Translations under genes and position numbers: made by a program
Part shown: in pieces, positions 13,285 to 26,610 of the stretch
How positions within the stretch are numbered: position 1 is the first letter of the stretch
Layout: every line of letters starts with the position of its first letter
Assembly (NCBI RefSeq): GCF_006345805.1
Contig: NC_043021.1
Location: 8,060,001 to 8,124,000 of the forward strand
Length of the DNA: 64,000 bases
Source of the DNA: Octopus sinensis
Taxonomy: Eukaryota
Reading direction: 5' to 3'
The notes under the pieces: generated by a model
Told to the model about the DNA's origin: nothing
The model's input: only the letters and a program-made list of their open reading frames with translations
Database searches by the model: none

Positions 13285-13514
13285 GCGGCGAGCTGGCAGA
13301 ATCGTTAGCACGCCGGACGAAATGCTTAGCAGTATTTCATCTGCCGCTACGTTCCTAGTTCAAATTCCGCCGAGGTCGACTTTGCCTTTCATCCTTTCGG
13401 GGTCGATTAAATAAGTACAAGTTACGCACTGGGGTCGATGTAATCGAATTAATACGTAAGTCTGTCCTTGTTTGTCCTCTCTATGTTTAGCCCCTTGTGG
13501 GTAATAAAGAAATA
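13285..13514 (+). mobile_element. SINE B monomer
   Basis: 16-bp TSD ggtacttaaccccagg (13269-13284 / 13515-13530). Confidence 0.92.
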
Positions 13515-13641
13515 GGTACTTAACCCCAGGCCAGCCATGTTCAAATGGACCCATGATCAAAAGCCTTGAACACTACTATGAAGGGTTTAGTAAATTACAA
13601 AACCCCAATATTTATTTTTAAATCTGATACACATCTCCATG

Positions 13642-13943
13642 TGGAGGCACATGGCCTAGTGGTTAGAGCAGCGGACTCACAGTCGAGGGATCAAGGGTTC
13701 GAATCTCAGACCAAGCGATATGTGTGTTTATGAACGAAACACCTAAGCTCCACGCGGCTCCGGCAGAAGGTAATGGCGAACTTCTGATGACTCTTTCGCC
13801 ACAACTCTCTCTCACTCTTTCCTCCTGCATCTTACAGCTCACCCGCGACGGACCGGCGTCCCGTCCAGATGGGGAACCTATACGCCAAGGAAACCGGGAA
13901 ACCGGCCCTTATGAGCCAGACATGGCTCGAGAAGGAACAAACA
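13642..13943 (+). mobile_element. SINE with family D head/body and a different 3' module
   Basis: TSD acac(a/g)tctccatg (13629-13641 / 13944-13956); tail cccgcgacggaccggcgtcccgtccag...gaaaccgggaaaccggccc is absent from other D copies. Confidence 0.85.
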
Positions 13944-14149
13944 ACACGTCTCCATGGCCTCTGTTTGCTGCACTTGAGTTATGGGACAAAAGCATACACT
14001 ATTTCTCAAGTAGTATGAACATATAGGAAGACAGACACGTACAAGTACATGCACACACGCACACATACATATTATATAGTCGATGTCATTAGAATTTTTT
14101 GAACTTTTGAGACAATGTGAAATAATTCTTTTAAGGAGATGACAGAGAA

Positions 14150-15130
14150 CGAGATGGTGTCACAATGTTCCTGGATTAATTGAATTTAATTAAAAATAGC
14201 TTATTTACCTCAGTTTCAACGTTATCTCCTTTGAAATTAGTCACCTTGCACAGAAATACACCAGTCCCAGCATTCCTGCCACATTTAGAATCCGGCCTGA
14301 AAGTCATTTCCTGTAAGTGAGTTGAGAACCTTCTGTGATTTTCCCCGGATCTCGACAACAGTGTCAAAACAGTGATCTCTGAGCTGCCTTTTCATATTGG
14401 GAAAGGGATGAAAGTCCACAGGAGCTAAATCTGGTGAATAAGGTGGGTGGGGAAGCAATGCCTATTTCTTTACTACCCTCAAGGGGCTAAACACAGAGGG
14501 GACAAACAAGGACAGACAAACGGATTAAGTCGATTACATCGACCCCAGTGTGTAACTGGTACTTAATTTATCGACCCCGAAAGGATGAAAGGTGAAGTCG
14601 ACCTCGGCGGAATTTGAACTCAGAACATAGCGGCAGACGAAATACCTATTTCTTTATTACCCACAAGGGGCTAAACATAGAGGAGACAAACAAGGTCAGA
14701 CAAACGGATTAAGTCTATTACATCGACCCCAGTGTGTAACTGGTACTTAATTTATCGACCCCGAAAGGATGAAAGGCAAAGTCGACCATGGCGGAATTTG
14801 AACTCAGAACATAGCGGCAGACGAAATACCGCTAAGCATTCCACCCGGCGTGCTAACGTTTCTGCCAGCTCGCCACCTGGCAGAATAAGGTGGGTGGGGA
14901 AGCAATACCATGTTGCTTTTGGCGAAAATTTCACAAGTGAGGAAAGCTCGGTGCCATGGTGTATTGAATCCAGTTCTTCATGCTCCACAGATCCAGTCAC
15001 TTTCACCGAGTGTCCTCCCTCAAACGCTTCCAAACATTGCAGTATAACTCTTGACTGGGGGGATGAATTCTTGATACACAGTACCACAAATGTAAAAAAA
15101 AATCAATGAGCAGGCTTTTGATTGAATTGC
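14150..15130 (-). mobile_element. degenerate mariner transposase fragment with nested SINE B dimer
   Basis: Minus strand encodes LPHPPYSPDLAPVDFHPFP (YSPDL motif) and VYQEFIP, with stops and frameshifts. Confidence 0.8.
14460..14882 (-). mobile_element. SINE B dimer
   Basis: 24-bp TSD gaataaggtgggtggggaagcaat (14436-14459 / 14883-14906). Confidence 0.92.
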
Positions 15131-15716
15131 AGCTCTGTTGTGCCTTTTACAGTCATGGAGATGAAGGCCTCTTCCATTGTGATGGCTGCTGCCTTGACTC
15201 AGGGTTGTACCCATAGAGACTCAACTCTTGTCACCATTGATAATTCGCAACATGAAGGATGGGGTCATCAGTGGTACGCTGACGGAGATCTTGATGGACT
15301 TCGACACAATGTTCTTTCTGCACTGAGGTCAGCAGACGGGAGTCAAACTTGGCAGGCATACACCACATGTTCAATTCAGACATGGTCTACGGCACAAAAG
15401 AAATCACTTTAAACTTGCTAAAATAATGTTCTGGATGCCTTAATCTCTAAGTATAGATGCAGATGTGTTACCTAAGATTAATTTTAAGGATCTGATCAAA
15501 GACTTTGCAATTCAAAAAAGTAGGAGGGAACTTTTCAAGTGTAAATAAAGTGGAAGTATACAAAAATAAACCTTATTTTCCCCACTTACTGTTTTATTTT
15601 GAAAAATAAAAATTTCCTTTACGGTTATTGTTTATATTTTGGATTACATAATCTTTTATGGGGGCACCAAAATCTTTTAAGTGCTTAGGGCCTTGATGGG
15701 TCTTAATCCAGCCTTG

Positions 15717-15748
<32 letters not shown>

Positions 15749-15923
15749 TAATCCAAACAAGAAAACACAAAAAAAACACGAGGATGTGGAACAAATATAG
15801 TATTATTGGACGCTCAGGGAAGAAGGAGGGTTTAACGTTTCGAGTGGAGCTCTTCGTCGGAAAGATCCCAAGAAAGGAAGACAGAGGAAAAAAATCGCCA
15901 ATGGTACACACGCGGTCACATTT

Positions 15924-15961
<38 letters not shown>

Positions 15962-16144
15962 TCATCATCGTTTAACGTCTGCTTTCCATGCTAGCATAGG
16001 TTGGATGATTTGACTGAGGATTGGCAAACCAGATGGCTGCACCAGGCTCCAATCTGATCTGGCAGAGTTTCTACAGCTGGATGCCCTTCCTAACGCCAAC
16101 CACTCTGAGAGTGTAGTGGGTGCTTTTACGTGCCACCGCACCCA

Positions 16145-16223
<79 letters not shown>

Positions 16224-16368
16224 TAAAATGGTAAGATAACAAAATAAAGAAAGAGACCGCAATATTATGTAAATAGAGGAAATTTATCTATAAAATAATA
16301 TGTTACATTACTCGATAGTCAAGATAAAACTCAGAGTTTTATCTTGACCATCGAGTAATGTAACATAT

Positions 16369-16401
<33 letters not shown>

Positions 16402-16794
16402 GATAGATAGATAAATATGCTACATGGTAGCTTCACTGGTGCTGATGCTACAAAAGCACCATCTTGTATACTGTGGAGTGATTAGCATTAGGAATCGCAT
16501 CCACCCATAGAAACCTTGCCAAAGCAGATGTTGGATCACAAAACAGTCCTCAGACCTATCAGTTTCTATCAAATCATCAAACCCATTACCAGCATGGAAG
16601 ACAGATGTTAGATGAATATGATGATGATGTCTATGTGTGTGTACATGCATACACACACGTTTTATGAGTCTGTTCCACTAGTACTTACTTTCTTAACTGT
16701 CTTCAGTATTTTAATTGTCTATTGAATTCTTAATATATAATAAATTTTAGTCTCTTGTTCTATAATAAATATAATCTGATATAAGATAAATGTA

Positions 16795-17183
16795 AGGCGC
16801 AGGAGTGGCTGTGTGGTAAGTAGCTTGCTTACCAACCACATGGTTCCGGGTTCAGTCCCACTGCGTGTCACCGTGGGCAAGTATTTTCTACTATAGCCTC
16901 GGGCCGACCAAAGCCTTGTGAGTGGATTTGGTAGACGGAAACTGAAAGAAACCTGTCGTATATATATATGTGTGTGTGTGTCTGTGTTTGCCCCCCCAAC
17001 ATCGCTTGAAAACCGGTGCTGGTGTGTTTACGTCCCCGTAATTTAGCAGTTTGGCAAAAGAGACCGATAGAATAAGCACTAGGCTTACAAAGAATAAGTC
17101 CTGGGGTCGATTTGCTCGACTTAAGGCGGTGCTCCAGCATGGCCGCAGTCAAATGACTGAAACAAGTAAAAGAGTAAAAGAGA
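16795..17183 (+). mobile_element. SINE A
   Basis: Full-length copy. Confidence 0.9.
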
Positions 17184-17497
17184 GAGTGATTTGTAATTAA
17201 TACTTTAATTAACAGAATTTTCTCTGATTTATAATAGACACAAATCAAAAAAATGTTTAAAAAAAAAAAGATTTGAAATAGAATATGACGAAGCCAAGGA
17301 AGTCAAAATATTATATGATGGTTGTGTAGGTGCAGGTTGATACATTCCTGTGGTTGATACACCCGCTTCACACTCAAGTGGTTTTGGGGTTTACTCCCAC
17401 AACGTGATACCTTATGTGAGTGTCTACTGCTAAAGTCCTGAACTGATTGTAAAGCCTTGTAAGAGGATTTAGTAGATGGAAACTGTAAGGCATCATA

Positions 17498-17537
<40 letters not shown>

Positions 17538-17961
17538 GTGTGTGTGGTATATGTATTTCTTTATTGCCTACTGGAGGCTAAATGTGGAGGGAACAAACAA
17601 GGACAGACAAAAGGATTAAGTCGATTACATCAACCCCAGTGCATAACCGGTACTTATTTAATTGACCCCGAAAGGATGAAAGTCGACCTCGGCAGAATTT
17701 GAACTCAGAATGTAACGGCAGATGAAACGCCGCTAAGCATATTGCCCAGCGTGCTAACGATTCTGCTAGCTTGCTGCTTTTATATATACACACACACACA
17801 CACACAGAGTTTGGTAAGTGCTAATGTACAAAACTCTCAGCCCTCTGTTGCTTCTGCTAAATATTAAAAGAAATATCCACCTATCTATCTATGTGTCTGT
17901 CTATTCAAACATGACATTCCTCGACAAAAGATAAATTTGTATATAAAATTGTCTTCTGCAG

Positions 17962-18190
17962 TTAACCCTTTCGTTACCAACCCAGCTGAAACCGCCTCTG
18001 GCTCTGTCGTACTAATGTCTTGTTTTCATAAGTTTTTAATTAAAATCTTCCACCAAACCTTAGTCACAATTTATGTTCCTAACACTAGCTGAAAGATAAC
18101 TAAGTTATTTTACTAAATTCTTTGTTATATTTAAAGTAATTGAAACAAACACAGAGCATCTCAAAATTAATACAGTAATAAAAGGGTTAA
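17962..18190 (+). mobile_element. piggyBac-type MITE (family E, ~229 bp)
   Basis: TTAA-CCCTTTCGTTAC ... GTAATAAAAGGG-TTAA: TTAA TSD and CCC termini. Confidence 0.8.
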
Positions 18191-19317
18191 GAATAATAAA
18201 TTTTGAGTGGATATGCTTTTACTAGCTTCAGCCATTTGGCTGCGGCCATGCTGGAGCACTGCCTTAAAGGGTTTTTGAGTTGGAGAAATTGACCGCCAGG
18301 ACTTACTCTTTCTATGCCTAGTACTTATTCTACCAGTGTCTTTTGCCTAACTGCTAAGTTACGAGGCCATAAACACACCAACACCGGTTGTGAAGAGATG
18401 GTAGTGGAGACAAACACACACATATACACATGATAGGCTTCGTTCAGTTTCTCTCTACCAAATCTACTCACAAGGCTTTGGTCGGCCTGAGACTATAGCA
18501 GAAGACACTTGCCCAAGTTGCCACATAGTGGGCGTGAACCCGGAACCATGTGGTTTGATAAGCAAGCTTCTTGCCACACTTGCCATATATCTGATTTCCA
18601 CAGTAAAAGGGTTAAACACTTTGGTCATGACTTGGCAATTTTGTGCTTTGTTAATTAGGAGTTGTCTGTCAATTTTTCACATAGACTTTCAAGTGTTTTT
18701 GTTTTCTTTTTTTTTAAAATTTTTTATTGGTTTTAAAAATCAATGATAATTGACCTAAATTGATTTTATATTGAAATCAGAGGTTATGCTAAAGATTAAA
18801 GTCTTAATTACTGCTGCAATGTCTCTTAAAATGTGACCCTTCTATGGCGGTGAGCTGGCAGAATCATTAGCATGCCGGGTGAAATACTTAGCAGCATTTC
18901 ATCTGCTGCTACGTTCTGAGTTCAAATTCTGCCAAGGTTGACTTTGCCTTTCATCCTTTCGGGGCTGATGAAATAAGTACCAGTTATGCACTGGAGTCAA
19001 TGTAATCGACTACCCCCCCCCCCGACTTTTGAGGCTTTGTGCCTACAGTAGAAACAACTATGTGACCCCTCCTTTTTTTTTATGCAAGTAGAGATAAAAT
19101 AGGTGAGTAGTTTAGTGACTGCTTCAGTACATGCCTGACCTAAGGCCATAAATTCATAACCTACTGTGACATATTTATTTCCTTATGATACAGTCATCAC
19201 CTCAAAATGTGTGCTGGAATGTTTGGGTGTGTCTTGTATGTTTGTGACAATGACTGGTAATTGAACCTTCTCTAGGCCAAGATCGTCTTTGATAAGATAT
19301 TGCTTCCCACAGAATAG

Positions 19318-19787
19318 ATCATCATCATCATCATCGTTTAGCATCCGCTTTCCATGCTAGCATGGGTTGGACGGTTCAGCTGGGGTCTGGGAAGCCAGAA
19401 GGCTGCACCAGACTCCAATCTTGATTTGGCAATGTTTCTACAGCTAGATGCCCTTCCTAACACCAACCACTCCGTGAGTGTAGTGGGTGCTTTTTACGTG
19501 CCACCGGCACAGGTGCCAGATGAGGCTTGCAAATGGCCACGATCGGATGGTGCTTTTTATGTGCCACTGGCATGGGGACCAGAATAATAATAATAATAAT
19601 AATCATCATCATCATCGTTTAGCGTCCGCTTTCCATGCTAGCATGGGTTGGACGGTTCAACTGGGGTCTGGGAAGCCAGAAGGCTGCACCAGACTCCAAT
19701 CTTGATTTGGCAATGTTTCTACAGCTAGATGCCCTTCCTAACGCCAACCACTCTGTGAGTGTAGTGGGTGCTTTTTACATGCCACCA
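19318..19787 (-). mobile_element. two tandem family C copies
   Basis: catcatcatcgtttagc..tccgctttccatgctagcatggg occurs twice, ~284 bp apart. Other - copies near 15957-16140, 20320-20850, 35222-35392, 50577-50760 and 62190-62870. Confidence 0.85.
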
Positions 19788-20376
19788 GCTGATAAATTAG
19801 CATGTATTGGACCTTATCCCACCTTTCAAGGTAGTAGTTGTTGCACGCTAGGTTAACCTTATTTCAGCAGACTTCTGATCAGTTTCCAACAGTGACCATT
19901 GTGTCTTAAATTCTATGCACAAAGAACCCTGGGCCTTATCTAATGTGTACTTTTCTGAGACAAGTAGTGTGTAAACTGAGGTAGATCTAGCTGTTGTTTC
20001 TAGCAGTTCGAGTGACCACATAAAAGTTCCCTTTGCTGGTTCAAACTTTCAAGGTGTTTAGCTGTTTGTAGGAGTCCGCTTCTGTACACTAATAACATCC
20101 TTTCTTCTTTTTTTAATGGTGAGTAGAAGTACCAGAGGATTGTGAAAAAATCATTTTTTAATCCTGTTGTGGAAGAGATGTGAGCTTGTACAACATGCCA
20201 GTGGTAGTGGGAGGAGGCATGTTAACAAAGAGTGAGAGAAAGATGGGATGGTATGATGTAAACTGAGGAGTGCTTAAGAGGGGTTGGTATAGAATTCTAA
20301 GTAATAACTGGTGGGAGGTCATCATCATCATTTAACGTCCGTTTTCCATGCTAGCATGGGTTGGATGGTTTGACCG

Positions 20377-20612
20377 GGGTGCTGGCAGCTGGCAGAAACG
20401 TTAGCACGCCGGGCGAAATGCGTAGCCGTATTTCGTCTGTCGTTACCTTCTGAGTTCAAATTCCGCTGAGGTCGACTTTGCCTTTCATCCTTTCGGGGTC
20501 GATAAATAAAGTACCAGTTACGCACTGGGGGGTCGATATAATCGACTTAATCCGTTTGTCTGTCCTTGTTTGTTCCCTCTGTGTTTAGCCCCTTGTGGGT
20601 AGTAAAGAAATA
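20377..20612 (+). mobile_element. SINE B nested in SINE C
   Basis: 10-bp TSD ggtttgaccg (20367-20376 / 20613-20622). Confidence 0.9.
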
Positions 20613-21362
20613 GGTTTGACCGTTGTCTGGGAAGCCAGGAGGCTGCACCAGGCTCCAGTCTGATCTGGCAGTGTTTCTACAGCTTGATGCCCTTCCTAAT
20701 ACCAACCACTCCGTGAGTGTAGTGGGTACTTTTTATGTGCCACTGGCACAGGGGCTAGTGGAGGCTGGCAACGGCCAGGATCGGTTGATGCTTTTTACGT
20801 GCCATCGGCCATGTTCGGATGGTGTTTTTTACGTGCCACCGGCACAGGTATCACAACTACAATTTCCATTTGATTTTTATTTTGATGTTGATGTACTTGA
20901 CTCGATAGGTCTCCTCAAGCACCGGAGAGTAATATATTATTGGTGATGTTGAAAATGGAAGTGGTTTAATAACTGGACAGAATGTTTTTTTTTTCTAAGA
21001 TGGTTTGATCTGAAAAGTTACATAAATAATGACATATGAATATGCATAACACTGACTTCAATTTGATATTTCAACAATTTTAATTGAAATGCTGGAAGAT
21101 GTTCTGATCAAAGTAAAAAAAAAAATTTCCATCGGGTATAGCTGTGTAGTTAGTAAGTTCCACTTTGCACTAATGTGGTTTGGGATTCAGTCACACTTTG
21201 CAGTACCTTGGTAAAATGTTTTCTACTATAGCCTTGGGTCAACCAATGCCTTGTGAGTGAATTTGGGAGATGGAAACTTTGTAGAAGCCCATCATGTGTG
21301 TGTGTTCTTGGTTTGGTTTTTTCCCTTGAATGTAATAAACAGTTTCTTTCGACTATGTATAA

Positions 21363-22078
21363 CAGGGGTTCTCAACCATTTTTCATCTATGGACCCCTTT
21401 ACTCTTTTACTTGTTTCAGTCATTTGACTGTGGCCATGCTGGAGCACCGTCTTTAGTCGAGTAAATCGACCCCAGGACTTATTCTTTGTAAGCCTAGTAC
21501 TTATTCTGTTGGTCTCTTTTGCCGAACCACTAAGTTACGGGGATGTAAACACACCAGCATTGGTTGTCAAACGATGTTGGGGGTACATACACACATATAC
21601 ATACATATGTATATACATATATACAACGCGCTTCTTGCAGTTTGTCTACCAAATCCACTCACAAGGCTTTGGTCGGCCTGAGGCTATGCTAGAAGACACT
21701 TGCCCAATGTGCCACGCAGTGGGACTGAACCCGGAACCATGTGGTTTGTAGGCAAGCTACTTACCACACAGCTACTCCTATGCCTTTGAGTACTATTTTA
21801 TTCTAGTGGATCCCAAAAGCCATTTGATGTGTAAAAACTAGTTGTATAGAAACATCTTTCAAAATTCCTATTCTGTTTTTCATGCATTAACTTGTGTGGG
21901 TTGAACTATGTAAAATGTTAGAGAAAGAAACCTAACTGTTTCTTGCAATACATGTCAATACATTCATCTAAAACAAAATTTTTTCAGGGGCCCTTGATAC
22001 ACTACTATGATCCCCAATTTACTATTTTGTTATGTGGACCCCACAAAATCTTATACGGACCCCAGTTGAGAGCCACTG
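21363..22078. mobile_element. hAT MITE with nested SINE A
   Basis: Ends CAGGGGTTCTCAAC / GTTGAGAGCCACTG; 8-bp TSD atgtataa/gtgtataa; same family as 55667-56000. Confidence 0.75.
21399..21784 (-). mobile_element. SINE A nested in hAT MITE
   Basis: Full-length copy. Confidence 0.88.
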
Positions 22079-22572
22079 GTGTATAAGGTCTTATATTTTG
22101 TTTCGCTCAATGTGATGCGATGTTGAGCCGTTCATTCCTTTCCTGAAGAGATTAGTGGCTTAAGTGAAACGAAATAACTTTAGGACAGAAATAGAAATTG
22201 GGTTGTTGTCTCCATTTACTGGCAACTTAGCTTTTGTTCTGCTACAGTCACCAGCTGGGGTAATAATTGATTTCTTTTTTAATTGGCACAAATGACTCAA
22301 ATTGATAGGGTGGGGGGTGTAGTTGAATAAATCGTCCCCAGTACTTGACAGGTAATTATTTCAGTAATCACCAAAGAAACACAAGGCAGTGTTGCACTTG
22401 GTAGAATTTGAACTTGGAATGTACAAAGGAGGATGCTAAATACTGTTAATCGTTTAGCGTGGTGCTCCTCCCATGCCGGCCACTTTGACACATTATGAGT
22501 GTTCACATAGCTGTGTTGTCAAGAACACTCGACACCAGGATCAATCCCACAGTGCAGCATCTTGAGCAAAGA

Positions 22573-22635
22573 TTGTGTGTGTGTGTGTTTGTATCTATGT
22601 GTGTGTGTATATATATATGTATATATGTGTGTGTA

Positions 22636-22676
<41 letters not shown>

Positions 22677-22817
22677 GTGTGTGTATATATATGTATATAT
22701 GTGTGTGTATATATATGTATATATGTGTGTATATATATATATGTATATATGTGTGTATATATATATATATGTATATATGTATGTGTGTATATATATATAT
22801 GTATATATGTATGTGTG

Positions 22818-22848
<31 letters not shown>

Positions 22849-23025
22849 GTGTATATATATATATATGTATATATGTATGTGGTGTATATATATATGTATA
22901 TATGTATGTGTGTATATATATATATGTATATATGTATGTGTGTATATATATATATATGTATATATGTATGTGTGTGTATATATATATATATATGTATATA
23001 TGTGTTGTATAATTATATATATATG

Positions 23026-23073
<48 letters not shown>

Positions 23074-23130
23074 GTGTGTACATATATATATATATGTGCA
23101 TATGTGTGTGTGTGTGCATATATATATATC
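22573..23130. repeat. compound (TA)n/(TG)n microsatellite, ~560 bp
   Basis: Direct reading; lies between decayed SINE A-like segments. Confidence 0.95.
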
Positions 23131-23919
23131 ATAGCTTTTGGTTAATTTCAAAGCTTTGTGAATGAAACTGGACAGATGGAAACTGTGTGGAAGCCTTTTG
23201 GAGGGATTATACCTGTTCTTAGGTGGTAGACTTAATCCTTTCCCAGTTTTACACACCACTTAGTTGTTAGTAAATTCGACCCCATTGGAAGCATTTTGGA
23301 CCCAGTCTTCTGACTGAACATTAGATCATGTTTCCTTTATCCTACCAGCCTTGGAGGACTCAGTAAAAAGGTCATGGATGGATACCCTTCTTCCTTGAAA
23401 TAAACTAATGAAACATTCTTAACAGGATAATATCAAATTGGAATAAACCGAGACAAAATGAGTTAAGTACTCGGCTTTGTTGTTCGGTAGATTTAATCAA
23501 GTGATCTGTAAATCTAATTAGCTTAGAGTTAGCTTTCTGATTTAAAAACAAAAAAGAAATGATAGAAAAGCTACATTTACAAAATATACATCATAGTAAT
23601 TGAATTGATGGGTTTATGTGATGAAATGGTGTTCTATTGTTTTTTTTCATTGCTGTTATGATGGTATGTATGACTGCAAGGTTGGGAAGCTTGCTTTGTT
23701 GTTGTGTGGTTTAGGGTTCAGTCCCTACTGCGTGGCACCTTGAGCAAGAACAGTGTCTCCTACTAAACCCTTGGGCCAACTAATGTTCCATGAGTGAATC
23801 TGATAGAAGGAAACTCTGTGGAAGCCTGTTTTATATCCGTGTGTACATATACATTCCTTTGTGTCTATTTGAATAACCCCCCCCCCCACTCATCCACCAC
23901 TTGGTAGTCTGTGGCAGTT

Positions 23920-24250
23920 TACTCTTTTACTTGTTTCAGTCATTTGACTGCGGCCATGCTGGAGCACCGCCTTTAGTCGAGCAACTCGATCCCAGGACTT
24001 ATTCTTTGTAAGCCTAGTACTTATTCTATCGGTCTCTTTTGCCGAACCGCTAAGTGACGGGGACATAAACACACCAGCATCGGTTGTCAAACAATGCTAG
24101 GGGGACAAACACAGACACACAAACATATACACACACACATATGTGGTCGGCCCGAGGCTATAATAGAAGACACTTGCCCAAGGTGCCACGCAGTGGGACT
24201 GAACCCAGAACCATGTGGTTGGTAAGCAAGCTACTTACTACACAGCCACT
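23920..24250 (-). mobile_element. SINE A (internal deletion)
   Basis: Homology to family consensus; the segment between the microsatellite and ggtcggcccg is missing. Confidence 0.85.
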
Positions 24251-24448
24251 TTACATCCCTGTAACTTAGTTTTGCAAAAGAGACCAATAGAATATGTACC
24301 AGACTTATAAATAAAAACTTGGATCAATTTCTTTGACTAAGACTGTTTAAGAAGGTGCTCCAGCTTGGCTGCAGTCCAATGACTAAAACAAGTATCCTTA
24401 TGTTGTTGATGAATTTAGAATGTGGAAGAAATTAGAGTGAGAATCTGT

Positions 24449-24678
24449 TTAACCCTTTTGATACCAACCCGGCCAAAACCGCCTCTGGCTCTGTAGTACA
24501 AATGTCTTGTTTTCATAAGTATTGAATTAAAATCTTCCACCAAACCTTAGTCACAATTTATGTTCCTAACACTAGCTTAATGATAACGAAGTTCTTTTAC
24601 TAAATTCTTTGTTATATTTAAAATTAATTGAAAGAAACACAGAGCATCTTAAAATAAATACGGTAACGAAAGGGTTAA
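24449..24678 (+). mobile_element. piggyBac-type MITE (family E)
   Basis: TTAA-CCCTTTTGATAC ... GTAACGAAAGGG-TTAA; colinear with 17962-18190. Confidence 0.82.
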
Positions 24679-25048
24679 CTGAGCTCTGAGTTTTTTTTTT
24701 TTTAGGGAAGTAGAGATGAAGAGGCTTACATTCCTATAACTTAGCAGTTTGGCAAAATAGACCAATAGAATGAATTGCCAGATTAGCAGATAAAAACTGG
24801 AGTCAATGTCTTTGACTAAGACCTGCTGAGGTGCTGCCCCAGCATGACTGCAGTTGTAAAAGTGAAATGATATCTCTATGGCGTATGATGGACTTAGCAC
24901 TTTAGCAGAAGAGTCCGATGAAATAAATATCTGACTTATAAATAAAAACTGGGGCTGATTTCTCTGACTAAGACCCTTCAACAAGATGTTGCCCCAGCAT
25001 GGCTGCAGTCCAGTGACTAAAGTAAAAGTTAAAAGGTATCTCTATGGC

Positions 25049-25276
25049 GAGCTTGGCAGAATCGTTAGCCCGCCGGGCAAAATGCTTAGAGGTATTTCGT
25101 CTGCCACTACGTTCTTAGTTCAAATTCTGCCGAGGTCGACTGTGCCTTTCATCCTTTCGGGGTCGATTAAATAAGTACCAGTTACGCACTGGGGTCGATA
25201 AAATCAGCTTAATCCGTTTGTCTGTCCTTGTTTGTCCTCTCTGTGTTTAGCCCCTTGTGGTTAGTAAAGAAATAGA
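25049..25276 (+). mobile_element. SINE B monomer
   Basis: TSD tatctctatggc (25037-25048 / 25277-25288). Confidence 0.88.
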
Positions 25277-25964
25277 TATCTCTATGGCATATGATGAGCT
25301 TATGAATGTGGGAGAAATTAGAGCTAGACTTTGTTTGGCTGATCTCGCTGGTTTTTTAAAAAAATTTTTTTGAGGGAAGTAGAGATGAAGAGGTTTATTT
25401 TCTCTCTTTGTTAGGAGGCTAAGTGGCATATAAAGTGTTCAGAATTGCCAGGCAATGTGTTCGAGCGAATTAGGATATTTTTCATGGAAGTCATTAGTCT
25501 GAAGTGTTGTGCACACACTGAAGAACGCCACTGGGGAATAGGAGATGATCTAAAAGCATTGTTACAAGAGTTTATTGAAACACGATTATGAACAAGTACG
25601 ATAAGGGAAGACTTAACCTCGGTAGTGCCAACAAAGGAACTAACTAGTTGTGCAGATTGGTAAACAATTGATAACACAGTAGCTGTTGCTTCTCATTCGA
25701 TATCATTTCTGTGCTGTTGGTTTCAATCTGGTGTCGAAAATTATACACAGCAATATAAATAATCCACCTCTGTGGAAGCAATGTAGTAGTAGCAAAGTAC
25801 GTCCCCTTTGTTCATCATCATCATCATCAACAGCAGCATTTTATGTTTATTTTCCCCCGTGCCAACATGGTTTGAATGGGGGACTGTGTTTTGTGGTTTG
25901 GATGGGTGCCCTTCCTGTTGCCAATCCTTTTAGTTGATGCTTAAGACATACAAAGTCATGAAGA

Positions 25965-26013
25965 CACACACACACACAGATATGTGTGTGTGTATATATA
26001 TATATATATGTAA

Positions 26014-26060
<47 letters not shown>

Positions 26061-26334
26061 CACACATATATATATATATATATATGTGTGTGTGTAAACA
26101 CATATATATATATATATATATATGTAAACACATATATATATATATGTAAACACACATATATATATATGTAAACATATATATATATAAATATATAAACACA
26201 CATATATATATATATATATAATATATATATATATATGTAAACATATATATATAAACATATACACACACATACACCTATATACCTATATATATATATATGT
26301 AAACATATATATATAACATATACACACACATACA

Positions 26335-26376
<42 letters not shown>

Positions 26377-26390
26377 TATACACACACATA
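25965..26390. repeat. compound (TA)n/(CA)n microsatellite with recurring GTAAACA motif
   Basis: Direct reading. Confidence 0.95.
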
Positions 26391-26429
26391 CACCTATATC
26401 TTTATGTACATGTGTATGTGCTTATATAT

Positions 26430-26610
26430 ATAGTGAGAATTTACAAAAAAGACAAACAGATGTATTAGTTTAATGATCAGGAAGTAAGGAAGTCTTTTAC
26501 GTTTCGAGCCTATGCTCTTCAACGGAAAGGAACACGGAAATATACAGGGAGAGAAAATAGAAACAGGTATAGTGGCTAGTGATCTATCATGGCAAATGCC
26601 GGACACACAT
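26430..26610 (+). mobile_element. Penelope-like terminal repeat fragment; inverted homolog at ~48150-48362
   Basis: tacgtttcgagcctatgctcttc motif resembles Penelope pseudo-LTR cores; similar motifs at 15825-15860 and 61945-61985. Family assignment is from memory and tentative. Confidence 0.4.

Noticed and set aside
25400-25780. Possible hAT transposase dimerisation-domain relic (NDFHEKYPNSLEHIAWQF on minus strand)
   Set aside because: Similarity too short and degenerate to support without a profile search.
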